Source: a virus (lineage: Duplodnaviria > Caudoviricetes). From it: DNA of 53,660 nucleotides. Location of the stretch: IMG/VR virus record IMGVR_UViG_3300025887_000028, positions 1 to 53,660 of that record; one strand, written 5' to 3'. Positions 37,801 through 45,615 of the stretch are shown in pieces (position 1 is the stretch's first letter; every line of letters starts with the position of its first letter). Both the position numbers and the translations under genes were made by a program. Below the pieces are notes generated by a model. That model was not told the origin of the DNA. It saw nothing but the letters and a program-made list of their open reading frames with translations, and searched no databases.

Positions 37801-39252
37801 ATGAAAAATATGCTAATCAATTCGAACTATCGCAAAATTGACGTTCCTATTCGTGAACTGCTTCTTCGCTACGGCGAGATTGATGTTCAGCCTGTAGGTC
37901 AACGACTAGATACAGAGCCTCAACTTGAGAAATCAAATGATCAATCAAAAGCACAAGGTATCATCAACTCAATTATGATGGGCGTTGACTTAGGTCAGAT
38001 CACAATTCACGAAAAAACTCCAGGCAGCTTTGCTTACGCTGATACTCCTCCTGTAATGGTCGATGGTCAGTGGCAGTTTGAACTGTTAGATCCAACCACC
38101 ACAGCTGGCAGCATGTTTGCTTATGAAAGCGTTGATGGTGGGCACCGTAAACGCTACATCTTCATGTATTTCAACAACAAATTTCGTTGGAATGGGATGT
38201 ACTATAGTGATCTTTCGCCAGAGCAAAAGAAAAAATTTCTTGAAACGAATCTTACATTTTGCATCTATTCAAACTTGTCTATCTATGAAACTGGTTACAT
38301 CTTCCGCTCTTTGAATGAGACTACCGATGTAAATCATCAAGAGATGTTGAACTCGTATGGAGATATTCCAATTGCGAATGCAATTCGTAACACTGTTCGC
38401 CCTGTTCGTGGTGTAAACAACAAAATACACTCTTTCTTTGAGTTTAGCCAAAAAGAAGGCAAAGCAAAGGTGTTCAACGCTATTGCGTTTGATAACAAGC
38501 GCCTTCGTCATGACGAAATGATTGCTCGTGTCTTTTATCGCTACTATGATGGTGGTGGCTTGGGTAAAGCTGATGATGTTGCACTTGAAGAGTTGTACGA
38601 GTCTGATTTGTCACAGAAAGAGGTGGACAAAATCTATGCGAGTGTAAAGAAACTGCTAAACTTTGTTGAAGAAATTTCAACTCAAATAAATCGTTCACTA
38701 GCCAAAAAGATGAACCAAACCGAGTTTAGCTTGTTCTCCCGTATCTGGCTGTATATGGAAGAAGAATTTGAAACTTTCAAAGTCAATGATTATGCAGAGT
38801 TTTATGAAGCTATCTCTACTGCTTATGCTCCATTCACTCTTCCTTATGATAGTCAACCAGCCGAACTTCGTCAGCCTTCTCCATGGGATGCGAACAAAAC
38901 ACGTGGTCAACAGTTCAAAGATGTTTTAGGTTATCACCGTGACCGTGAACCTATCTTTGAGTGCTTGATGTGGCTATTGAAAAGCGTTGATATGGCTTCT
39001 TTGGTAACTCTAAAGGATCCAAAGCGTATCTTTCCACGTGCGTGGCGTGAAGCAAAACTTATTGAACAAGGCTTCAAGTGTGCGATTTCAGGTGAACCAT
39101 TGACAATGGCTGATGCACATGGCGCACACAAAACAGCCCATGCTGAAGGTGGTCTGACTACATACGATAACTTGGCTATGGTTTCAGCTTATCACAATAA
39201 GCGCATGGGCAGCATGACTGTTGAGCAATACACTTCATTGGTAGCAGCATGA
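37801..39252 (+). CDS. GmrSD-like protein: DUF262 (ParB/Srx-like) domain plus C-terminal HNH nuclease
   Basis: QPVGQR, IINSIMMG, VDGGHR, FRSLN..T..N.QE; CAISGE...HKTAHAEGGLTTYDNL......N. Confidence 0.75.
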   Translation: MKNMLINSNYRKIDVPIRELLLRYGEIDVQPVGQRLDTEPQLEKSNDQSKAQGIINSIMMGVDLGQITIHEKTPGSFAYADTPPVMVDGQWQFELLDPTTTAGSMFAYESVDGGHRKRYIFMYFNNKFRWNGMYYSDLSPEQKKKFLETNLTFCIYSNLSIYETGYIFRSLNETTDVNHQEMLNSYGDIPIANAIRNTVRPVRGVNNKIHSFFEFSQKEGKAKVFNAIAFDNKRLRHDEMIARVFYRYYDGGGLGKADDVALEELYESDLSQKEVDKIYASVKKLLNFVEEISTQINRSLAKKMNQTEFSLFSRIWLYMEEEFETFKVNDYAEFYEAISTAYAPFTLPYDSQPAELRQPSPWDANKTRGQQFKDVLGYHRDREPIFECLMWLLKSVDMASLVTLKDPKRIFPRAWREAKLIEQGFKCAISGEPLTMADAHGAHKTAHAEGGLTTYDNLAMVSAYHNKRMGSMTVEQYTSLVAA

Positions 39253-39893
39253 AGCCAAACCGTAAAGACTTCATATTTGATATGGAAACACTAGGGGCAA
39301 GGGTTAACTCTTGTCCTGTAGTGGATATGGCCTACACAACATTTGAGTGGGATCGTTTCATCGAAGACCCGTATTCGTTTCAGGAACTTGCAGCGAATGT
39401 GCAGACAGTCAAGCTATCGGTGAAAGATCAATTGGATAACTATGGTTGCAAGTTCACAAAAGAAGATGTTCAATGGTGGGAGAAGCTTCCAAAAGAGGCT
39501 CGTGACAAGCTAAAAATAACGCCAAACGACTTGACAGTTACTGAATTTTGTGATATTATACTTAAATATCTGAGAGAACAAGTCAATATTGATTACTGGT
39601 GGTCGAGAGGTAACACTTTCGATCCAGTTATTCTTGGTAGATTGATGGATGAAACTAACAATGAGTATCTATTTAAAGAGTATTTGAAGTTTTACAAAGT
39701 GAGAGATGTTCGTACCCACATTGATGCAAAGTTCAATTATACCACAAAAAATGGCTTTGTACCAGTACAAGATGATGAAAAGTGGTATAAATACTTTGTA
39801 GCACACGATAGTAGCCATGATGTGGCTGCGGACATAATGAGACTACAAGCCATTCATCGGGCTGAACATGATTTAGAGCAAGTGAGTATATAA
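39249..39893 (+). CDS. dexA: DexA-like DEDDh 3'-5' exonuclease
   Basis: FDMETL, WWSRGNTFD, RDVRT, HDSSHDVAAD. Confidence 0.85.
   Translation: MKPNRKDFIFDMETLGARVNSCPVVDMAYTTFEWDRFIEDPYSFQELAANVQTVKLSVKDQLDNYGCKFTKEDVQWWEKLPKEARDKLKITPNDLTVTEFCDIILKYLREQVNIDYWWSRGNTFDPVILGRLMDETNNEYLFKEYLKFYKVRDVRTHIDAKFNYTTKNGFVPVQDDEKWYKYFVAHDSSHDVAADIMRLQAIHRAEHDLEQVSI
39531..39559 (+). promoter_or_regulatory. Possible internal sigma70 promoter in dexA
   Basis: TTGACA-N17-TATTAT. Confidence 0.5.
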
Positions 39894-40321
39894 TGGGTAA
39901 AAAAACTAAGCATCCAGCATCTGAGACTGGAGCAATGCGAGAAGCATTGGGTGTGCCTTATTTCCGACAAGTTCCTCTTGAAGCTGTGGCTGCTGGCGCT
40001 GTATCTTTGGAGTATGGCGCACTCAAGTATGCACATCGCAATTGGGAAAGGGGTCTTCCTTGGCAGCAAATGATCGACAGTCTCAAGCGTCATATTGACG
40101 ACTTCGAGCGCGGGCATGACTACGACAGTGGACCAGACGGTTCTGACCTTCATCAAGTTTGTATGATTATGGCATCTGCTATGATGTTATCTGCGTCAGT
40201 AATTCGAGGCGTAGGTGAAGATGATCGTATGCCTGCCACTGGAGAAGATGCGTTGTCTGCAAAACAATGTGCAAAATGGATGAAAGAACAACTTGATAAT
40301 TCTAGATTGAAGGGTAGTTAA
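39893..40321 (+). CDS. dATP/dGTP diphosphohydrolase-domain protein (DUF5664-like)
   Basis: TGAMRE, P.EA, YGALKY..RNWERG, SLKRH, D..S.LH. Confidence 0.75.
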   Translation: MGKKTKHPASETGAMREALGVPYFRQVPLEAVAAGAVSLEYGALKYAHRNWERGLPWQQMIDSLKRHIDDFERGHDYDSGPDGSDLHQVCMIMASAMMLSASVIRGVGEDDRMPATGEDALSAKQCAKWMKEQLDNSRLKGS

Positions 40322-41235
40322 TGGATATTGAAATTAGAACAAGCGATTTACAAGATAAGAAGCTGTTCATAGCCACGCCAATGTATGGTGGGCAATGTGC
40401 AGGTATGTTTACAAAAGCGACGAACGATTTAGCTATGGCGTGTACGCGTCATGGCATTGATGTGCGTTTCTACTATCTATTTAATGAAAGTTTGATCACA
40501 CGGGCTCGCAACTACTGTGTTGATGAATTTTTACGATCTGACTGTACACATCTACTTTTTATCGATTCGGATATCGGATTTGATTATAAAGACGTGTTAA
40601 CATTGTTGCATCTTACTGGTACAGATGACTACGATGTTATGACTGGACCTTATCCTAAGAAGACAATTTCGTGGGAGAAAGTTGCTAAAGCTGCCGAGCA
40701 AGGCTTTGCTGACGAGAATCCATTCATGCTGGAGCACTTTGTTGGTGACTATGTTTTCAATCCTGCTGAGGGTATAAAGTCGTTTAAGATCGACGAGCCT
40801 GTTGAAATTCGAGAAGGCGGTACAGGCTTTATGATGATTACCCGTAAAGTATTTGAAAAATATGAAGAGTCATATCCAGACCTCAAATACAAACCCGATC
40901 ATGTACGCACTGAAAATTTCGACGGTACTCGCGAGATCATGGCGTATTTTGACACTATTATTGATCCAGATACAAGACGTTATCTTTCAGAGGACTATAT
41001 GTTTTCGTATAACGTCCGAAAGATGGGTATGAATATTTGGATGTGTCCATGGATGAAGTTGAAGCATGTTGGTTCATACATCTTCGGAGGATCAATTAGC
41101 GCAATGGCAGCTATTAAAGCATCACCAACTGCATCAAAAGAATCTAACAAAAAACATTACTTGCAATCACCTAAAAAAGATGATACAATCAACAGACAGC
41201 AACGTAGGGCTGCAAAGACAAAGAAGGATACTTAA
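40321..41235 (+). CDS. GT-A fold glycosyltransferase-like protein
   Basis: IATPMYGG, ESLITRARN, LLFIDSDI (DxD), GTGFMMI, YLSEDYMF, HVG. Confidence 0.8.
   Translation: MDIEIRTSDLQDKKLFIATPMYGGQCAGMFTKATNDLAMACTRHGIDVRFYYLFNESLITRARNYCVDEFLRSDCTHLLFIDSDIGFDYKDVLTLLHLTGTDDYDVMTGPYPKKTISWEKVAKAAEQGFADENPFMLEHFVGDYVFNPAEGIKSFKIDEPVEIREGGTGFMMITRKVFEKYEESYPDLKYKPDHVRTENFDGTREIMAYFDTIIDPDTRRYLSEDYMFSYNVRKMGMNIWMCPWMKLKHVGSYIFGGSISAMAAIKASPTASKESNKKHYLQSPKKDDTINRQQRRAAKTKKDT
41161..41189 (+). promoter_or_regulatory. sigma70-type promoter for gp45
   Basis: TTGCAA-N17-TACAAT. Confidence 0.55.
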
Positions 41236-41237
41236 TA

Positions 41238-41888
41238 ATGAAATTTAGTGACGATACAGTCTCTATCTTGAAGAATTTCTCTGGCATTAACCAGGGTCTA
41301 CTATTCAAGCCAGGTAACACTCTGACAACTATTTCCCCGCAACAAACAGTAATGGCAAGCGCCACTATCTCTGAAACTCTTGATGGACGCGCAGCAGTGT
41401 ACGATCTTTCGCGTTTTCTGTCAACAGTATCACTATTCAATGATAGCGTTGATGTAAAGTTTGGATCTGAGAAGTTTGAGATTCGAGATGATCGCCGTAA
41501 GGTATCATATGTCTACGCGGCTGAAAACATGATTGTTACTCCACCAGAAAAGCAAATGAAATTGCCTAATGCTGATGTTACAGTTGATATCAAATGGATT
41601 GACATTGAAAGTGCTATCAGAGGCGCAGGTGTTCTACAGGTGAGTGATATTGCATTCACAGGCGCCAATGGTAAAATTCTATTGCGGGCTGTTGACTCTA
41701 AAAATTCGACATCAGATACATATGATATCGAAATTTCTGACTATGATGGAGAAGACTTTGAGATGACGATCAAAGTTGATAACCTTAAACTATTGCCAGC
41801 AGATTATACTGTTTCGCTTTCAAAGGCTGGCATCTCACATTTCAAATCGACCAATGTTCAATATTGGATCGCAGTTCAAGCTAACTAA
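41238..41888 (+). CDS. gp45: Sliding clamp gp45
   Basis: ILKNFSGIN, YDLSRFL, NLKLLPADY, YWIA. Confidence 0.95.
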   Translation: MKFSDDTVSILKNFSGINQGLLFKPGNTLTTISPQQTVMASATISETLDGRAAVYDLSRFLSTVSLFNDSVDVKFGSEKFEIRDDRRKVSYVYAAENMIVTPPEKQMKLPNADVTVDIKWIDIESAIRGAGVLQVSDIAFTGANGKILLRAVDSKNSTSDTYDIEISDYDGEDFEMTIKVDNLKLLPADYTVSLSKAGISHFKSTNVQYWIAVQAN

Positions 41889-41897
41889 GGAGATATA

Positions 41898-42134
41898 ATG
41901 GCTGATCAGGAACAAGAAGTCCCTAAAGAGGGTACACAATTGCAGATCGTTGATCTACAAGCGCTACTGCAAGTCGTTGATGTGCTTTCATCACGAGGTG
42001 CAGTTAAACCAGAGGAAATGAGTGCAGTTGGTGCTATTCGCGATAAACTTGCAACATTTCTATCAGAAGTGCCGGCAGCAGCCGCAAATGAAACAGAAGG
42101 CACTGACGAAGACGCTACCGAAGCAGAAGCTTAA
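41898..42134 (+). CDS. Small hypothetical protein
   Basis: aggag SD; DLQALLQVVDVLSSRGA...EMSAVG. Confidence 0.7.
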   Translation: MADQEQEVPKEGTQLQIVDLQALLQVVDVLSSRGAVKPEEMSAVGAIRDKLATFLSEVPAAAANETEGTDEDATEAEA

Positions 42135-42138
42135 TGTG

Positions 42139-42158
42139 GAGGGGGTGAAAGCCCCCTC
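42139..42158 (+). terminator. GNRA-capped hairpin between the hypothetical gene and gp44
   Basis: gagggggt-gaaa-gccccctc; no clear U-tail. Confidence 0.5.
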
Positions 42159-42176
42159 TCATAACAATATTATATA

Positions 42177-43142
42177 ATGGAGACTAATATGGTCAATGAT
42201 GTAAATGATTTTCTATGGGTTCAGAAGCACCGCCCGCAAACTGTTGCCGACACTATTCTACCTGAAAATTTGAAAAAGACGTTTCAGCAATTTGTCGATC
42301 AAGCCAACGTTCCCAATCTAATTCTTTCTGGTAGTGCTGGTGTTGGCAAAACAACTGTTGCCAAAGCAATGCTTGAAGAGATTGGTGCAAACTATATCGT
42401 AATCAACGGCTCTATGGAAGGGCGTAAGATCGATACACTGCGTAATCAAATCGCACAGTTTGCGTCTACTGTTTCTTTTCAAGGTGGGCGTAAATATGTT
42501 ATTCTTGACGAGGCCGATTATCTTAACACTGACTCTGTGCAACCAGCTCTTCGCAACTTCATGGAAGAATTTTCAAGTAACTGTGGCTTCATCTTGACAT
42601 GTAACTTCCGCAATCGTATCATCGAACCTTTGCAGTCCCGTTGTTCCGTTATTGAATTTAGAATTACAAAAGAAGATAAGGCGACTATTGCTTCACAGTT
42701 CTTCAAGCGTGTCATCAGCATTCTAGATGAAGAGGGTGTCGAGTATTCGAAAAAAGCTGTTGCAGAAGTTATTCAGACGTATTTTCCTGACTGGCGCAGA
42801 GTTTTAAACGAATTGCAGCGATATTCTGCCACTGGTCGTATTGATGAAGGTGTACTCGCAAATAAGACAAGCGATAACATGAACAAGTTGATCAAGCTTA
42901 TGAAAGAGAAAAATTTCACCGAGATTCGTAAATGGGTGTCTGAAAACTCTGATATTGATAGCGCGGTGCTATATCGACAATTGTACGACATTCTACCCGA
43001 AAAGCTTGGTAGCGCACCAAGTATTGCAGACGCCATTATCATTCTTGCTGAGTATCAGTATAAAGAGGCATTTGTTGCAAACTCTGAAATCAATCGTGTC
43101 GCTGCTCTTGCTACGCTTATGGTCGAGGCTCAGTGGAAATGA
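42177..43142 (+). CDS. gp44: Clamp loader large subunit gp44
   Basis: WVQKHRP, GSAGVGKTT, DEAD, LQSRC, FPDWRR. Confidence 0.96.
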   Translation: METNMVNDVNDFLWVQKHRPQTVADTILPENLKKTFQQFVDQANVPNLILSGSAGVGKTTVAKAMLEEIGANYIVINGSMEGRKIDTLRNQIAQFASTVSFQGGRKYVILDEADYLNTDSVQPALRNFMEEFSSNCGFILTCNFRNRIIEPLQSRCSVIEFRITKEDKATIASQFFKRVISILDEEGVEYSKKAVAEVIQTYFPDWRRVLNELQRYSATGRIDEGVLANKTSDNMNKLIKLMKEKNFTEIRKWVSENSDIDSAVLYRQLYDILPEKLGSAPSIADAIIILAEYQYKEAFVANSEINRVAALATLMVEAQWK

Positions 43143-43327
43143 TGGGGTTTTTCAAGAGAAAAAAGTACAAGTGTCTCGTATGTGAGAAGGGTGTTGGTGA
43201 AAGCTCTCCTATAGTTCGATATCGCTATGGTAATGGTGAAACTGGTGAAGCCAGACTTTGTAACAAATGTGCAAATAAATTCGATAAAGTCGAGTTGGAG
43301 GATAATGCAGATGGCTGGAGCGTTTGA
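43139..43327 (+). CDS. Small Cys4 zinc-binding protein
   Basis: CLVC ... LCNKC; ATGA overlap with gp44 stop. Confidence 0.6.
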   Translation: MMGFFKRKKYKCLVCEKGVGESSPIVRYRYGNGETGEARLCNKCANKFDKVELEDNADGWSV

Positions 43328-43703
43328 TTATGTGAACAATATTCTCTATGGTAAAAAGCCAAACATGATGCGCGATACAGAAAATGATACGCTGGCTGAG
43401 GCTGGCTACGTTGCATGGCAGACTAATTTGGCATTGACTCTGCATCCCGACACAGTTTTGAACGCAAACCTCATGAATCAATATCATCAGCTAAACAATC
43501 GTGCTCAATACGAATTTTATAAATATAGCGTTAGACCTAATAAGCGCGGACGCGTTCCTTGGGTTAAATCGATTGATGATGAAGTGTTGGATATGATTTG
43601 TGAAACGTATTGCTGTAATCGTAATGTTGCGCGTGAATATCTTCCTTTGTTGTCTAATGAGCAATTAAAAACCATGAAAGAACAACAACAAAAGGGTGGT
43701 TAA
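43311..43703 (+). CDS. gp62: Clamp loader small subunit gp62
   Basis: FDYVNNI, DTVLNANLMN, QYEFY, W.K; GGAGG SD; synteny gp44-gp62-regA. Confidence 0.88.
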   Translation: MAGAFDYVNNILYGKKPNMMRDTENDTLAEAGYVAWQTNLALTLHPDTVLNANLMNQYHQLNNRAQYEFYKYSVRPNKRGRVPWVKSIDDEVLDMICETYCCNRNVAREYLPLLSNEQLKTMKEQQQKGG

Positions 43704-44104
43704 TGATGGAAGATATTTTTAAAGGATGTGGCGTTGAAATAGAGTTGCCGGATTCTGAAAGCTTTTTAAAGGTCAAGGAAACATTGACACGGATAGGTAT
43801 TGCCTCCCGTAAAGATAAAAAGCTATACCAGTCATGTCACATCTTGCACAAGCAGGGTAGATATGCTATACTACATTTCAAAGAGCTTTTTATGCTCGAC
43901 GGAAAAATCAATAATTTTACAGACGAAGATAAAGCGCGTAGGAATACAATTGTGAACCTTATCGAAGAGTGGGGTCTGATTGAAGCAGTTGATCCATCGC
44001 AAATTGAAGAACCTATTGCACCTTTGTCGCAGATTAAAGTTCTACCACATCGCGATAAAGGTGAATGGGAATTGGTAGCAAAATACAGTATTGGAAGAAA
44101 ATAA
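43703..44104 (+). CDS. regA: Translational repressor RegA
   Basis: FLKVKETLTRIGIAS, LYQSCHILHKQGRYAILHFKELF, KYSIG. Confidence 0.97.
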   Translation: MMEDIFKGCGVEIELPDSESFLKVKETLTRIGIASRKDKKLYQSCHILHKQGRYAILHFKELFMLDGKINNFTDEDKARRNTIVNLIEEWGLIEAVDPSQIEEPIAPLSQIKVLPHRDKGEWELVAKYSIGRK

Positions 44105-44107
44105 AAT

Positions 44108-44662
44108 ATGACTCACTTTGATATGGTTCGTGAATTTATGGAAGCGTTCGGGCAAGAGGTAAAAACCTCTCCCGAGTTTCCGACTCAAGGGATTGCAGAT
44201 TTACGATATGAACTTATTGCAGAAGAAGTAAAAGAACTTCTAGAAGGTATGCTTAACTTCGATGTGGTTGAAATTGCAGACGCACTCACAGACATTTTGT
44301 ATGTTGCATATGGCGCTGGTCACGCGTTTGGTGTAGACCTACAGGATCTATGCACTGAAGAGTCTAATACAGAACCGTCTAGTTTTCAGAGTATTCTATC
44401 GGCTACTATGGGTGTAGGTATTTCGATCAGAGCCAAAAGCTTGAATGCAATACAATACACTCTAACTGATTTGATTGGAGCTGTATACAAAATGGGTGAG
44501 GATCGCGAAATTAATTTACATGCTTGCTTCACAGAGGTTCAACGATCTAACATGAGCAAGCTCGGTGAAGACGGTAAGCCCATTCGCCGGGAAGATGGTA
44601 AAATTTTGAAAGGTCCAAATTATTCTGAACCTAACTTGGAATTTGTGCGCAAAGTCGTATAA
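44108..44662 (+). CDS. MazG/HisE-like all-alpha NTP pyrophosphohydrolase
   Basis: VREFMEAFGQ, LIAEEVKE, ADALTDILYVAYG, EVQRSNMSK, DGKILKGPNY. Confidence 0.85.
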   Translation: MTHFDMVREFMEAFGQEVKTSPEFPTQGIADLRYELIAEEVKELLEGMLNFDVVEIADALTDILYVAYGAGHAFGVDLQDLCTEESNTEPSSFQSILSATMGVGISIRAKSLNAIQYTLTDLIGAVYKMGEDREINLHACFTEVQRSNMSKLGEDGKPIRREDGKILKGPNYSEPNLEFVRKVV

Positions 44663-44665
44663 ATA
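44658..44665 (+). promoter_or_regulatory. Late promoter TATAAATA upstream of hsp20
   Basis: Exact consensus. Confidence 0.75.
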
Positions 44666-44670
44666 AATGT

Positions 44671-44724
44671 GAGCGCCGTAATGGGCTCAAAAATCAATCT
44701 TGCTTAATAAGGAGATAACAAATG
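44671..44724 (+). promoter_or_regulatory. ROSE-like RNA thermometer in the hsp20 5' UTR
   Basis: Upstream hairpin plus AUCUUGCUU-aau-AAGGAGAU: UUGCU opposite the SD with a bulged G. Confidence 0.75.
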
Positions 44725-45180
44725 ACTACACGTAGATTCACTTCAGAAAATTTACTAAACGATCCGCTATTCATTGGTTTTGACGGTATTTTCAATAAAC
44801 TAACTCAACCAAATAAATCTGGCGCATCTAATTATCCACCATACAATCTAGTTAAAACAGGCGACTATACATATCTAATCGAACTTGCTGTTGCAGGATT
44901 CGATGAAGATGACTTCGATATTGAACTGCATAACGGTGTGCTATCTATTCGTGCGACTATTGATGGTACAGAAGATCAGGTCGACTATCTACATCGAGGT
45001 ATCGCAGCGCGAAGCTTTGAGCGCAAGTTCACTTTAGCAGATACTGTTGAAGTCGATGGTGTATCTTTACACCAAGGTATGCTCAATGTTAAACTTCGAA
45101 ATATCATTCCTGATGAAAAGAAGCCTAAGAAAATTCAGATTGAGACGCATCGTCTCAGTCAAGAGATGCTCACAGAGTAA
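44722..45180 (+). CDS. hsp20: Small heat shock protein Hsp20 (IbpA-like)
   Basis: IGFD, NYPPYNL, IELAVAGF, YLHRGIAARSFERKFTL, GML, PKKIQI. Confidence 0.95.
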   Translation: MTTRRFTSENLLNDPLFIGFDGIFNKLTQPNKSGASNYPPYNLVKTGDYTYLIELAVAGFDEDDFDIELHNGVLSIRATIDGTEDQVDYLHRGIAARSFERKFTLADTVEVDGVSLHQGMLNVKLRNIIPDEKKPKKIQIETHRLSQEMLTE

Positions 45181-45203
45181 CGGGTGGTTCCGTAATGAAC
45201 CCG

Positions 45204-45230
45204 TGGGGAGCCACGGTTAGCTCCCCTTTT
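45204..45230 (+). terminator. Rho-independent terminator after hsp20
   Basis: ggggagc-cacggtta-gctcccc-tttt. Confidence 0.75.
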
Positions 45231-45253
45231 AACACACATCACAGGAGACAAAA

Positions 45254-45472
45254 ATGTCAAAGAACCCATTCGAAATCCGTGCAGAAATGCTACAGCTTGC
45301 AAAAGATTACATGGATCAGCAACACAAAATTAACGTAGAATTTACTGAAAAAATGTTAGACGAAGGTAAAAAAACTTTCGAAGAAGTTCAAGACATGTAT
45401 AAGATGTATTCAACTGAAGAACTGATGGAAAAGGCTAAAGAGCTATATTCGTTCGTTTCAGATAAGGGCTAA
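45254..45472 (+). CDS. Hypothetical protein
   Basis: aggag SD; MSKNPFEIRAEMLQLAKDY...AKELYSFV. Confidence 0.75.
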   Translation: MSKNPFEIRAEMLQLAKDYMDQQHKINVEFTEKMLDEGKKTFEEVQDMYKMYSTEELMEKAKELYSFVSDKG

Positions 45473-45529
45473 CAAAAATGCGTTGGGCTTCACAAAAGCC
45501 CTTCGCTTTGTTACATATGCATAAATCGC

Positions 45530-45558
45530 TTGACAAAAGCGGTCATAGGTTATATACT
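45530..45558 (+). promoter_or_regulatory. sigma70 promoter for gp43
   Basis: TTGACA-N17-TATACT. Confidence 0.8.
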
Positions 45559-45615
45559 ACTCGATATGAAGACTTGCGCACGTAGTGCATCACTATAAAA
45601 TGAAATGAGGGTACT

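Noticed and set aside
45486-45502. gggctt-cacaa-aagccc hairpin upstream of the gp43 promoter
   Set aside because: Probably an ordinary weak terminator; nothing further supports a special role
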